This document shows, in pieces, positions 1 through 13,869 of a stretch of 60,934 nucleotides of DNA. The position numbers and the translations under genes were made by a program. The notes under the pieces were generated by a model. That model did no database searches and was not told where the DNA came from. It saw only the letters and a list, made by a program, of their open reading frames with translations. The stretch is from the NCBI RefSeq assembly GCF_001194135.2, contig NC_068984.1, positions 33,630,185 to 33,691,118 of the forward strand, written 5' to 3'. Numbering within the stretch: position 1 is the first letter of the stretch; each line of letters begins with the position of its first letter. This stretch comes from Octopus bimaculoides (Eukaryota).

Positions 1-55
<55 letters not shown>
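1..55. repeat. (TG)n microsatellite
   Basis: Pure TG run at the window start; representative of dozens of (CA)n/(AT)n runs in the window. Confidence 0.98.
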
Positions 56-61
<6 letters not shown>

Positions 62-1810
62 ATGTTTCTATGTATGTGTATATATATATATAAATTCAGT
101 TGAATTATGTACTTAAATGGAGGCACCTCCTTAGGTCAGAATTATGTACACGCACAACAACAATATCATGTAAATATCAAACTTGATATATACCAGCCGG
201 GTGATATTTTTGCTGTGTATGTAGACAATTAGATTCAGCTAAGTGAAGAAATCTGCTCTTCAGCTATTCAGACATCTACATTACATGAAATATACAGTTC
301 ATAATATTTACAAAGGACAGATTCCAAGACAGTGAATAGATATAAATAAGTAACAGTAGAGGTACAGGTGTCAATCCATTATGGCCGTTTCTAATGACTC
401 CTTTCTTTCATTAATGAAACCCTTTTCGTCAGATGAATTTATGAACTTCAAAATAAAGGAAATTTGAAATGATTTACATCCACGGTTGAGAGAATGGATT
501 TACCGGAATAGTGTACCTTGTATTGCCATTTATTTAGGGTAATTACCGTAACTTAATATGATAAAATATTATGGTTAATTAATTATATTTACAATCCACA
601 TTTAATTTTCCTTCCTTATAAACGTTTATTTACACAATGAGTAGTATATAAATAATTCATTGGATTCACTCCCTTTCTCTTTCGATTTACAAAGAAAGAT
701 TTTTATTACCATTATTATTAACTTAGATTTTTCTGCGGTTCATTATGTCTTCTTTTAAGTTAAACTCTTGGTATCGCGTTCACAGCCTCTCTCCTTAAAC
801 AACAGCTCCCTGTAAACTAGCGTTCTTGTTTCTAACGGTCATTTAACTTAGCTATATAGTGTTATTACTCGTACGTAACCTTAGCATTTAGTGCAAGTTT
901 TGCATTTGTAATATGGTTCCCTGTCGATGAATGTATGTGTATATCCCAGCATCTCTCACTTCTTTGGAGTAGAGTGCACATAATTTTTGAAACATGTGTA
1001 AGAATTAAAGGAACTTATTGATTATATGCGTTTTGATGCATTTATTATTATTCTTTATATCTAATCATAATACATCACTTTACCATGGAATTTCTACCCA
1101 TTAACGGGATATGATATCCTAGCTTTTGTGTGATTTTTGCTACCCTGGTAACTATTAACATATTTGCATTATCGAAGTTTTTCAACCAAGATGATATTAA
1201 NNNNNNNNNNNNNNNNNNNNNNNNNNNNNNNNNNNNNNNNNNNNNNNNNNNNNNNNNNNNNNNNNNNNNNNNNNNNNNNNNNNNNNNNNNNNNNNNNNNN
1301 NNNNNNNNNNNNNNNNNNNNNNNNNNNNNNNNNNNNNNNNNNNNNNNNNNNNNNNNNNNNNNNNNNNNNNNNNNNNNNNNNNNNNNNNNNNNNNNNNNNN
1401 NNNNNNNNNNNNNNNNNNNNNNNNNNNNNNNNNNNNNNNNNNNNNNNNNNNNNNNNNNNNNNNNNNNNNNNNNNNNNNNNNNNNNNNNNNNNNNNNNNNN
1501 NNNNNNNNNNNNNNNNNNNNNNNNNNNNNNNNNNNNNNNNNNNNNNNNNNNNNNNNNNNNNNNNNNNNNNNNNNNNNNNNNNNNNNNNNNNNNNNNNNNN
1601 NNNNNNNNNNNNNNNNNNNNNNNNNNNNNNNNNNNNNNNNNNNNNNNNNNNNNNNNNNNNNNNNNNNNNNNNNNNNNNNNNNNNNNNNNNNNNNNNNNNN
1701 NNNNNNNNNNNNNNNNNNNNNNNNNNNNNNNNNNNNNNNNNNNNNNNNNNNNNNNNNNNNNNNNNNNNNNNNNNNNNNNNNNNNNNNNNNTATATATATA
1801 TATATATAAT

Positions 1811-1861
1811 ATACTACACTTTATCGTGCAGTTACTGTTAATACTTCATTTAGAGAATTAA
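1811..1861 (-). repeat. Short copy of the dispersed repeat also at 7223-7388
   Basis: Reverse complement gttaattctctaaatgaagtattaacagtaactgcacgataaagtgtagta aligns with gttaaatctctgaacctggtgttaacagtaactgcacgataaagtgaagta at about 7223-7272. Confidence 0.75.
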
Positions 1862-4184
1862 CATATATATATATATATATACATATATATATTGGTTTCA
1901 ATATATACGTATCCATAATCTTGTGTAACATGTTTTTAAGATGTTTGTGTGCATTGATTTTAGTTTCTAGTGTACCTGCTATGATAACCATCCTAAGAAA
2001 CATGTTTTTAAATTATCATTTGATGCTCCCTTCACTCATAATTCATTTCTTTTCTCCTTTTTATTAAAAAAAACATGTTCCGCTTCTCACATTTCGTTAA
2101 ATCATACTTATATAATGCATGGTGTGAAATGATTGAAACCACAAAACGTTTAAATATATAACCATATAAGTTGATACGAAATATAAATATTTAAAGATTT
2201 CTATTGAAATATATATAAATAACAGTTTTCACATTTCTTGATTCAAACCAACATTATACTAAAATAAAATATGCAGGATGCCGAAAAGCGTAAACATGTT
2301 ATAAAATATTTCAAAAGTATACTAGGATATTATGAAATATTTTGGAAGCGTATACAAACACTGAATTGGCAATCAATACCTGTGTATATTTTGTTCTTCG
2401 ACCGTCTGAAATGTGAATGTAAAATGGATTGTAACGTAAGTATATGTAGAACAGAGAATTCACGTCAGTGTAAATACTACGTAGATTTATCGTACAGAAT
2501 GCATTGCTTTTGAATATGCTGCAAATTTTGCATAGCGATCTGCAGAAAAATGTGGATACACATATATTAAAAACCATAAGAGTTTAAGTGTGTGTTTGTG
2601 TATACCGGTATAGTAGAAATAAAATGGCGTCGGCATATTTAGTTAAGTTGCACGTGTCCCCGTCAATGTGAGTTCCCATTTAAATCCGAACACAATGGAT
2701 ATATAAATACCTGACAAAATTCAAGCGTCAATTTCACGCATGTTATTCCAGCATGGCTAAAGTCCAGTGACTGAAAATAGCAACAGGCCAACGTATATGC
2801 ATGTCACTTAGGTCCTTATGTATCTGCTTAGAGATATAAACTTAGAGGCTTATACATTCCTGTCATTTTAAAGCTAGAATATGTTGTTAGCTTTCGGATA
2901 ATAAAAAAGGAAAGCGTTTTCAGTCCAAAATGCAAAAGTGAACGGCGGATATTGAAGAAAACAAATTACATTAACATTTATTAAATTACGTTACAAAGTC
3001 CGTCAAATCCAACCAAATTCTATTGAATTGTTCTCACAATCTTCAGCCTAATCTCTAATATAAAACAACACAAAAGAACACCAGCACCTCCACATACAAT
3101 CGAAAGAAAATTCAGATATATAAAAGATATACATCGAGCAGTATGATATCACAAAGTTATGGGTGATACCTTTAGATATAGCGGCATTAATATATCAGGG
3201 ATTGCTGGAATGCAAATATCGTTTTTAAATACTGAGATTACACCAGTCATCATAAACGGTGTCTTTAAAATACAAGGATGAACATTGTTTAGCCTGATCC
3301 TCATTTAACAGGGATGAAAGAAACTGTGCGACAACAGAACTATGATATTTAATACTTCTCAAACTCGAAACGTTTTATATGTTAGTACAAACAACATAAC
3401 ATTGATTTTCATTTGCACGACTAAACTTACTGACATCGGAAATAAGCACATTGTCGTACTACATTGCAACCACTCATGATTGTAATGTGCAGGAGTCAAT
3501 TACATACTAAATATATTTCTTCGAAGCAGCATACTATGTCGAAGACAAAAGCAAATGAGTGGCATGTGCTTAATGAGACATCTGCTTAAAACTTTGCACC
3601 ACCAATATAACATGCTGTCTGAGTTTACTCAGTGGAATGCAGAATGATACCATTAAAATGTATAAAGTCGTGGGTTGACAAATATAATGTAATATCAAAC
3701 AATACACTTGGATTGTGATATATAATTTAGTGAGTGTCTGTAATTATGATATATCTCATTAATTATAATATATCTTAGTAATAGGTTGTTTTTTTTTTCT
3801 CTATTTGATGATATATTTCGTGTATGTTTATGTGCTGCAGTTGCCTTTAGCAGGAGGATAGCCCTGAATGATTAATAGTGCTTCTGTTTATGAGCACCTA
3901 AAAATTGTATGTAAGAAGTATGTAGGAGCATATTATACAACGGCTTCCACTTTTTATGGGTAATAGTGACGGTTATTCGGTTGCTATTTATGACATGCAG
4001 TGTTTCTTTTATCGGATTTTCTCGTTTTTGTGCATGAGTAGAAAGCATAATCACGGTAACTTCGAAATCTTAACTTTAGTGTGCAAGTTATACTCATGCT
4101 ATATGTCTATATAAGACGACATCGGGTCATTTAATGAAAATATATTTTCTAGCCGTGTGATGTAAATACATTATTTAATCTATG

Positions 4185-4320
4185 GCTGGAGTGATAAACT
4201 GAAAGAAATGGTAGAGTGATCGACTAAACACCTTGCATTATTTAATTTCGTTCTTCTATTTCCTGCATTCTAATGTCGCCAGTGTTGACTTTGCCATTTA
4301 TTCGTCTGAAATCGATAAAC
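4185..4320 (+). mobile_element. Degenerate tRNA-type SINE (family B)
   Basis: Retains gttgactttgccatt...tcgataaa, which I recall from an abundant octopus SINE. A related inverted copy lies at about 33800-33935. Confidence 0.4.
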
Positions 4321-4838
4321 ACAAGCTTTGTATTTTATTCTCTAGATTTGATTATACACCCCCGCTCAAATATATGACCTGGTGCCAAGTTGCCATTTTA
4401 TAGGAAATGTTAAACATGCTATGTTTAAAGCTGTATGACTGCAATATTGTATGTTTGCTAAATTTAATGGGCTAATTTGAATAGAGAATTTTAAATAAAT
4501 GTAACCGCAAATTATCTACAACTAACTGGCCTTCCGTGAGCAAATGTGTTGACCACTTTAAAAGCTGCTAATGAGATATGGTTGCTTCTATGGTTTAATG
4601 AGTGGCGACATTGAAACGCCTGTCCAGTACACAAATTGACTGAGGTGTGTAGGCTCTGATATTTTTGGATGTTTAGTTACTAATCATATTAATTCCGTGC
4701 GGTATTATCCCATAAGTGTTTGCATGAATACTAATCTAAATGTGCACCATGTTACTTACTTACTAAACACATATATTCACACAAAGCCACAACCTTATTT
4801 TATAATACTCATGCATTTACAAATGCTCATCTACACGT

Positions 4839-4840
<2 letters not shown>

Positions 4841-4925
<85 letters not shown>
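4841..4925. repeat. (CA)n microsatellite
   Basis: Pure CA run of about 85 bp; source of the HT-repeat ORF artefact. Confidence 0.98.
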
Positions 4926-4926
<1 letters not shown>

Positions 4927-5977
4927 TAATGTGCGTATGTATACATATCTGAGTGTGTGCAATTATGTATACAAGTTCTTATGTATACATAAGAGAATCA
5001 TTTCTAATTTAGGCACAATGCCAATAATTTTAGAAGTTATTCGATGCCATCAACGCTTAATGTTTGAAATGCACTTGAGTTATTGGCCCCAGGGTAATCA
5101 ATAACAAAGCTTACCTCGACAAGATTTGAAGTCAGAATGTAAAGAACCAGCATAGGCATTTCTTCCGAAAATTAACGATTTTGTTAGCTTCCTACCTTAT
5201 TCATACAGAAAACAATGCAACAATTTACAATTTAAAATAACAGCTAACACACAAAGGAAACATAAACGATTATTAATGGAAGCAATGTAAATGTAAATGA
5301 CTTTCTTCTTTATATAAGACAGTCTGATGATTGTAATGGAAACGTTCGTCTCCAAGGCATGGGTAAGGCAAGTTTATTTACCTTAGTCTTTCTTTTCTGA
5401 AGACTAATTTTTACTAATGTATGCAAGACATCACGTCCTGCTGAATCAATGGTATCTAAGAGAAATGCAAATTTGCTATGTGTTAGTATTATTATCGCTG
5501 CAGATATTTCCTTCGGAATGCAAACACCTTAATAGATATCACAAGCCGTCAAACCCGAAGCTGTATAAAATCAGTAAATGCACCACTTTCTACTAATACT
5601 TTTGTCTATCGACCCACCCTCCAAACAATATGATAATAAAAATTGAGATCACACCATTTGTACTCAGGGTGCACAGGAACAGAAGAAATGCTACAAGACA
5701 TTCTAACTGATATAATTCATCGCCTAAAGTATGAAAATACATGTTTAATATATTCAATTACAACAAGCTCCAATAGTCAAGCTGTCAATAAAATGTATTA
5801 TTTAAAATTATGTAACTATATTGGAATCTTATTTCTAACATAAAATACAACTTCTGAACTTTCGCTTTGTTTATAGTTTAGTCTATTAATATTATTTTAG
5901 CATATTCAAATAATGTTGCAAATCTAAAAGCATCATCAATTAAAATTTCCACTCAACGTTTAGAACCTGTTACGATT

Positions 5978-6130
5978 GTGCGCGTGTATGTGTGGTAAGA
6001 AGCTTGCTTCCCTACCACATGATACTGATTCCTTCTGTGTTGCACCTTGGGCAAGTCTCTTCTATTTAGCTTGGGGTCGACCAAAGCCTTGGGAATGGAT
6101 TTGGAAGACGAAAACTGAAAGACGCCTTTA
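5978..6130 (+). mobile_element. tRNA-derived SINE (family A) with microsatellite tail
   Basis: tgtggtaagaagcttgcttccc...gcaccttgggcaagt...gaccaaagccttg...ggatttgg..gacgaaaactgaaaga. Homologous copies at 15391-15550(-), 44046-44120(+) and 57814-57969(-). Confidence 0.85.
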
Positions 6131-7041
6131 TATACATACATATATTCATATATATATACACACACACACATGCATATACAAATATGCACATGTATGCATA
6201 TATGTGTATGCTTTTTTTGTCTCAGAGTGTTTGAAGCCCTCAAAACAATGTCACGCTTAGCTTGTTAGAGACAAATATGTTTATCTTCCCAACAATCATT
6301 GAATCACGTATTGCTAAATGTCCGTATATCGCACACACACACGCACACACACACATATACTTGCACACACACACACACACACACATACACACACACACAT
6401 ACATACACATACATACATATAGTAAAAATTAACTTCCTCAATATTTATGAATATACATGGATGATGTTGCTTTCAGAGATCTGTTTCAGAAAACTAATAT
6501 CCAACTTACATTCTATAGAACCTCTTTTGAAACCGATCCAACGCACAGATTAAATATTTTTACTAACTGTTCTGAAAAAGAACAATTTTTCTTCTCGTAA
6601 CTGAAGTAGACGATCACTGTATGTATATGTTTCCAATGCTGTTAACTGCGTCTGTTTTTTGTTTTCATACTTTCTAAGGCAAGGTCATGCAACTTGACAA
6701 AGTCCCAATGTTCTTTTGGAAGAATGTATTCTTTTCAATTTTTAATTCTTTTCACTTTTTATGCTCAATATTAACGACATGTCTTCATTAATGTGTAATT
6801 AGACACTTGTTATTTAGGAAAATTGATCTCTGCTCTTTTGAAATATAATTTTCATATTAGAAATAATATAGCAAATAAATATATTTATATCAATCATTCC
6901 TAATTTATCAATTGATCATGTATCCTTCTATGATACATCAAAGATCTGATTAGTAAACTCTTTAAATAATTGGGTATAATTCGTTGCAGTATTTAGATAA
7001 TATCTCTTCGAAATGTTTCTGCGTAAATACATGACTGAATT

Positions 7042-7105
7042 TATGTATGTATGTATGTATGTATGTATGTATGTATGTATGTATGTATGTATGTATGTAT
7101 GTATG
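7042..7105. repeat. (TATG)n microsatellite
   Basis: Direct reading; source of the MYVC ORF artefacts. Confidence 0.95.
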
Positions 7106-7222
7106 CATGCATGCATGTATGTATGCATGTATGTATGTATGTGTGTATGTATGCATGTATGTATGTAAGATGTATGCACATATATATATATGTATGTATA
7201 TGTATATATATATATATATATA

Positions 7223-7388
7223 TGTTAAATCTCTGAACCTGGTGTTAACAGTAACTGCACGATAAAGTGAAGTATATTTGCCATTTAAATGTGGCTGACC
7301 CCTAAGGGTGAATGTTACTGTTGCTTTTAGCCCCAGGAGAACATCTCCTCCAGCTGGCTTATCGACACATATCTGTGTCCTGTCTATT
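7223..7388 (+). repeat. Dispersed SINE-like repeat, truncated by a gap
   Basis: Shares about 50 bp with 1811-1861(-) and continues ttagccccaggagaacatctcctccagctggcttat up to the N-gap. Confidence 0.6.
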
Positions 7389-7707
7389 NNNNNNNNNNNN
7401 NNNNNNNNNNNNNNNNNNNNNNNNNNNNNNNNNNNNNNNNNNNNNNNNNNNNNNNNNNNNNNNNNNNNNNNNNNNNNNNNNNNNNNNNNNNNNNNNNNNN
7501 NNNNNNNNNNNNNNNNNNNNNNNNNNNNNNNNNNNNNNNNNNNNNNNNNNNNNNNNNNNNNNNNNNNNNNNNNNNNNNNNNNNNNNNNNNNNNNNNNNNN
7601 NNNNNNNNNNNNNNNNNNNNNNNNNNNNNNNNNNNNNNNNNNNNNNNNNNNNNNNNNNNNNNNNNNNNNNNNNNNNNNNNNNNNNNNNNNNNNNNNNNNN
7701 NNNNNNN

Positions 7708-7739
<32 letters not shown>

Positions 7740-9989
7740 ATGCATGTACGCATGCACTACACGCACAAATACACACGTGCATGTAAATATTCTGCGTATG
7801 TCTGTGAAACTTTAATGAGTCACTTTAACGATTAACTTATGTATATAGCCTTCTGGATGTGTTTGTCAAGTAGTTCTTAGCTCGGAGAAAATGAAGTTGA
7901 ATGGTGGAATAACAACAGATGTTACTACAATTACGCCAATGGCGCCACCAATCAGTTACCCAAAGAAACAAGAAATGATTTCTATTTCTGTTAACTAATA
8001 ACTGCGAACATTACATTACAAATTGCATGCCTCAGTGAGAAAGCTGTGACTTAGTAAATTGTAGTTTAGTAAGTAAGCTGACACTAAGTTTACTCAAGCG
8101 ACAAACACTTAACGATTAAACATGAACTGATTTACACCTCAAGGAATCATTTCATCATCTACGTAATTAATTAATTACATCTACGTCAGACAGGTTTTCT
8201 TTATTTAAAATTATTGCCAAGTTTTCTGAAGAGTGTTGGTGTTACTTTTGTGTGGTACTAATTTCTATAACTCCCTACAGATTCAATGTGGGTTCGGTTT
8301 TTCAATGCTTCGAATCGTTTTTTGATATATTGCCGGTAATTTATTTTGATTAATGAACGGAATTGCTAACAGTATTATGTAGCAAAAGTGAGTACACACA
8401 CACACATCCACATATACTAAGAGAGATAGATAGATATCTGCATACATATATACGTATAAATAAAGTGAACTTAAATTCCTTATATATGTATATGCATACG
8501 CACATATGAGTGTGTATGTATATGAATGTATCTTTTACTCTTTTTATATTCTACTAAATGGTGGAAGAGAGAGAGAGAAATATTATTACATTGCAAATTA
8601 TGAATTAACAAATGTTTATTAGTTTGTTGCAATATTTATCAAGAGTAAACAGAATATAGTTAATGGTATGTACGAATGAAACTAACTGGTTGACGCTTAA
8701 AAGATTTTAAAATATCTCGAATTATTCGCAACTAATCCAAGCATTAGTTACATACAATAAACATTTAATTGCAGTAAGCCAGTTCCATGAAAATTAAATG
8801 AGTGTCAAAACATTCTCTTTCTGCTATTTATAAAAATGTAGTCGTAAACTGGATAATTCAATTAATGCTAAGATACTTGAATTACCCATCAAATTTGGAG
8901 TATGAGAACAAGAGTAGGAACTTATAATATCTGAAACTAAAAGAATTAAAAGCGAATTCGAAGCAAATTCATTTTCATGACTGTTCTATAACGCCTATAT
9001 ATATATATATATATATNNNNNNNNNNNNNNNNNNNNNNNNNNNNNNNNNNNNNNNNNNNNNNNNNNNNNNNNNNNNNNNNNNNNNNNNNNNNNNNNNNNN
9101 NNNNNNNNNNNNNNNNNNNNNNNNNNNNNNNNNNNNNNNNNNNNNNNNNNNNNNNNNNNNNNNNNNNNNNNNNNNNNNNNNNNNNNNNNNNNNNNNNNNN
9201 NNNNNNNNNNNNNNNNNNNNNNNNNNNNNNNNNNNNNNNNNNNNNNNNNNNNNNNNNNNNNNNNNNNNNNNNNNNNNNNNNNNNNNNNNNNNNNNNNNNN
9301 NNNNNNNNNNNNNNNNNNNNNNNNNNNNNNNNNNNNNNNNNNNNNNNNNNNNNNNNNNNNNNNNNNNNNNNNNNNNNNNNNNNNNNNNNNNNNNNNNNNN
9401 NNNNNNNNNNNNNNNNNNNNNNNNNNNNNNNNNNNNNNNNNNNNNNNNNNNNNNNNNNNNNNNNNNNNNNNNNNNNNNNNNNNNNNNNNNNNNNNNNNNN
9501 NNNNNNNNNNNNNNNNNNNNNNNNNNNNNNNNNNNNNNNNNNNNNNNNNNNNNNNNNNNNNNNNNNNNNNNNNNNNNNNNNNNNNNNNNNNNNNNNNNNN
9601 NNNNNNNNNNNNNNNNNNNNNNNNNNNNNNNNNNNNNNNNNNNNNNNNNNNNNNNNNNNNNNNNNNNNNNNNNNNNNNNNNNNNNNNNNNNNNNNNNNNN
9701 NNNNNNNNNNNNNNNNNNNNNNNNNNNNNNNNNNNNNNNNNNNNNNNNNNNNNNNNNNNNNNNNNNNNNNNNNNNNNNNNNNNNNNNNNNNNNNNNNNNN
9801 NNNNNNNNNNNNNNNNNNNNNNNNNNNNNNNNNNNNNNNNNNNNNNNNNNNNNNNNNNNNNNNNNNNNNNNNNNNNNNNNNNNNNNNNNNNNNNNNNNTT
9901 TTACGTTTCAAGGCTATTCACTTTAACAGAAAGGAATTAGAGAAAAAGAGAAAGAGATTTTTTTTTTTTTTAATTGTGAACTTAGCGAT

Positions 9990-10586
9990 CAACCATGGCA
10001 ACTGGTTGGGAAAGAAAGGTTCGACAGTAGAGGTAGAAAGAAGGGGCGATAATAAAGTATTGATGATCCCAGAGCGAAGGTGTGCGTGCTTGTGTATGTG
10101 AGAATGTGTAAATTTGTATGTGTGAATAGGGGCTAGTGACTTTGACGTGTGGATGCGTGCCTGTGTAAGTGTATGTGTTTGTAATGTGTGGGTGTGTGGA
10201 TGATGGTGCGTGTGGTGGCGAAGGATGTAGGTATGAGATGGAGGTGCTGGGCGTGGCTGTGGGAGTGTGGGTGGAGGTGGTGTATCAATGAAGAGAGAGA
10301 TAAATAGGAATGAAGAGAGGAAGGTGTCAGAGCAAGAGAAGAGAGGTCGGTAGGAGTGAAGAGAGGAATTAGGTGTCAGATGAAGAGAGAAGAGGGGAGT
10401 CAGATGAAGAGAAGAGGGGACTTGAGCTCATGTGATATAGAGGAGTAAAGAGAGAAGATTAATTCCTTTCACGGTGAAGGCGGGATTCTGGATGGAACCT
10501 GGGCAAAGACAGTCCGAACGCAGACATTTATTGTAGTGATTGACGAGTAGAGCGGAAATGGCTTGAGAGGGGGTGTCATTGCCAAG

Positions 10587-10590
<4 letters not shown>
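9990..10590 (-). mobile_element. Penelope-like element 3' fragment (GIY-YIG C-terminus plus 3' UTR)
   Basis: Minus-strand 10430-10590 reads TPLSSHFRSTRQSLQ*MSAFGLSLPRFHPESRLHRERN, matching the PLE GIY-YIG tail pattern P.S.HF...GHS....V.GL......RL.RE. A CT-rich UTR follows. Confidence 0.6.
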
Positions 10591-10629
<39 letters not shown>

Positions 10630-10874
10630 AGCTGCACACTCATGTTCGAATATTGCCTTTGCGTGATCGAAAGTTCTACGCATGTGAAGGCTAAGACGGT
10701 GAATTTTGTAATAGGTCTTTTGTTGTTTGCAAGCAGCTCCTTTGCATCATGATGTTATATAGTGGTGGAGGGGTTTGCACAAACCCAACTACACTCTCTG
10801 AAAAGAACAAGTCTACATTATTGAATATTTTGTGTCACAGGATTTCTCTCAGTTTCCCTCTCCTAGAGAGATGT

Positions 10875-11125
10875 TGTGGCAATAATTGAGGGGATTTCAC
10901 TCAGAGTGAGCCAACCATATCAAGTAGTTTCACCATAACATATATTCATTATTGTTACGCTGCCTTCTGCGCATCCGTGCTTATAATTGGCACTACTATG
11001 GTCACATGATCGACGTTTGAGCCTGATCACGCCATTTTTTGTCTCTGGTGTTACAGTGTAAGCATGGCCGCTCCATAAGCAATGTGCACCAAAGAAGAAC
11101 AAACAGCGGTGACCCGATTTCTCTT
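10875..11125 (+). mobile_element. mariner 5' end (TIR-like end, 5' UTR, transposase N-terminus)
   Basis: atggccgctcca...tgcaccaaagaagaacaaacagcggtgacccgatttctc translates to MAAP*AMCTKEEQTAVTRFL (mariner EQRAVIRFL-like). It is homologous to 11355-11575 in inverted orientation. Confidence 0.7.
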
Positions 11126-11129
11126 ATGC

Positions 11130-11575
11130 TATTTCACAAGAAATGAAACGTGTAAATTGCACTGTTGCTCGTACACCCTTATTCCAGGCCCTTTTGAAAT
11201 CAAAAAAGGGCTAGCATCACCTTTACCACGAAAGACCAAATCTTCAATTTCTTTGTCGATGGCTGTCCAGGATGTTTCCACTCTATACTTTGTCTTTTGC
11301 ATTCTGCCGCATAATGATGGACTTACGTTTCATCTCCTGTGAAATCAGATCAGAGAAATCGGATGACCTTTTTTAATTTTCTTTGGTGCCCAATGCTGAA
11401 AGAGTGGCCATGCTTACACTGTTAAGCCAGAAAGACAAATTGTACGATCAGGCTCAATCTTTGATCACGTGACCACAATAGTACCAACTTTAAGCACGTA
11501 TGGGCAGAAGGTAGTGCGACAATAATAAAGATATATTATGGAGGGAGTGCGGATAATTATTGAATTCCCCTCCTA
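11130..11575 (-). mobile_element. Internally deleted mariner (5' end plus catalytic-domain fragment)
   Basis: Minus strand gives TGDET*VHHYAAECKRQSIEWKHPGQPSTKKLK..GKVML (first D of the DDD triad, TGDETWVHHY...SMEWKH motif). TIR-like gaggggaattcaataattatccgc lies next to TA at about 11550-11575. Confidence 0.85.
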
Positions 11576-12559
11576 TATATATATATATATATATATNNNN
11601 NNNNNNNNNNNNNNNNNNNNNNNNNNNNNNNNNNNNNNNNNNNNNNNNNNNNNNNNNNNNNNNNNNNNNNNNNNNNNNNNNNNNNNNNNNNNNNNNNNNN
11701 NNNNNNNNNNNNNNNNNNNNNNNNNNNNNNNNNNNNNNNNNNNNNNNNNNNNNNNNNNNNNNNNNNNNNNNNNNNNNNNNNNNNNNNNNNNNNNNNNNNN
11801 NNNNNNNNNNNNNNNNNNNNNNNNNNNNNNNNNNNNNNNNNNNNNNNNNNNNNNNNNNNNNNNNNNNNNNNNNNNNNNNNNNNNNNNNNNNNNNNNNNNN
11901 NNNNNNNNNNNNNNNNNNNNNNNNNNNNNNNNNNNNNNNNNNNNNNNNNNNNNNNNNNNNNNNNNNNNNNNNNNNNNNNNNNNNNNNNNNNNNNNNNNNN
12001 NNNNNNNNNNNNNNNNNNNNNNNNNNNNNNNNNNNNNNNNNNNNNNNNNNNNNNNNNNNNNNNNNNNNNNNNNNNNNNNNNNNNNNNNNNNNNNNNNNNN
12101 NNNNNNNNNNNNNNNCATACATATGCACACAGCTCGAAGTAAGATGAATAAAATCAAAATAAGCAACAGGATATCAAGAAGTGATGCAGTACGACCGTTT
12201 CAAGCGGCTCCATTTAATTGAGCAATGCAATCGTTACATCAATTTAAATGTAGTGCTACCATCAGCTGCGCTAATAAATACAATTTCAAGAAGTGGGACA
12301 CGTTAATATATTTTTTCACAAATGCTTTAACAGAGCAAGAAGATGGAAGAAATTCATGTCATCGCTATTGTAGCTCAGAATAGAATACACTTCTAAGAAT
12401 GGCGTGAGCCCCACTGGGGTCATAGCATGTAAAGGACTGTGCTTCATTTCTAATTTATTTATCTTTTTATCAACTGCTAAATATAAAACTAGAGGACTGT
12501 GTCAGTTTAGAAAGAAAAGTGAATTGACAGCTCATAACTAGGTTTAGTCATAAATATTG

Positions 12560-12760
12560 TCATATACATCTCTTTTCTTCGAGGAGGGAAGAAGACATAA
12601 GGAGTAGTAAATTGGATATAGAGTAAATGTCTATAAAAGGAGGCTAGGCATGGGAACACTCTAAATCATGATGCTTATTACCAGTTAAAGGGGCAAGACA
12701 CTACTAAAATCTAGTATATTAATACAGACGAAATTTTATCTTGGGGAACTATGGGTGATT
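12560..12760 (+). mobile_element. Highly decayed PLE GIY-YIG C-terminal fragment
   Basis: EEGRRHKE..IGYRVNVYKRRLG..L loosely parallels the GIY-YIG tail of the neighbouring PLE; many stops. Confidence 0.3.
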
Positions 12761-13869
12761 GTTTATAAACAATATTGTTATGTTGTATAAAAATAAAATT
12801 TAAGATTATCAAACATGATATCATAACCAAAATAGGTAAAATGTGTGTATATATCAATTATCAATATTAAAAAGGAAAGATTACATAGAATAAGTTTAAT
12901 ATTCAATCATGTACTTAATTAATAATTTATTAGGTGGTTTCTACAAAAACTGCCCAGGGCATGTACTTATGGAATACTGGAAAGATAAACATGCTATCTA
13001 TATATTAATTATAAGTCAAGAATCAGAAAAATGAAGATGCGTACAGATACACACACATGTTTATATATGTGCACACATGTACACATACACATACACCAAT
13101 ATATATACGTTTATATGGGTTTAGTATAACCATCTCGTATAGACTTAAGTAACTGAAAATTATCTATTTACGAACAAGAAGAATAAGAATTTATAAGGGA
13201 AAAGAGGTTTATAAGTTATGCGCATATATACTTATATACACACATACACATATTTATACATTTTCATGGATATAGTATAACCATCTAGCATAAACGTAAG
13301 TAGCTGAAAAATCTCTATTTAAGAACAGTTACACCTTAAGTGATAAGAGTTTAATAGGTAAGGATATCAAAATAAGAAAACAAAATAATAGGAATTTATT
13401 GAAAGTATAAGAGGCAAGGTATTAAAATTTGGGATAGGGAAGAGATAAAGGCAACCCGAAAATAGGAGGTAGTAGGTATGGGTGTAGTGAGGGCATTTTA
13501 GGGGTATTCAGACCTAAGCGATTTTATAAGCTGTAATGTTACAGGTGCTATTATATATGTGATTTTATAGTTTCTAGGGGTATATAATTAGGAGACTTAC
13601 ATAAAAGCCATTACAAATACACATAATATGATCAGCGAGATAGAACATCATAGAAAGGAAAATAGTTTAATCACCAAAATATGATGAAGTCAGACTAATT
13701 AAGCAGGAGTTATCAAGGGATAGCAATTATATATAGCACACCACATACCACAACATATAGCTTATAACATATGCAATGTAATTTAATTCACTATATAACA
13801 TAATATTCCATGATTTTATATTTAATACTAGAGTGTAAGTTTACAACGGATATGATACCAAAATTAAGT

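Noticed and set aside
5643-5843. ORF with helix-like EEMLQDILTDIIHRLK and possible splice sites
   Set aside because: Weak splice signals and no recognisable domain or supporting neighbouring exons.
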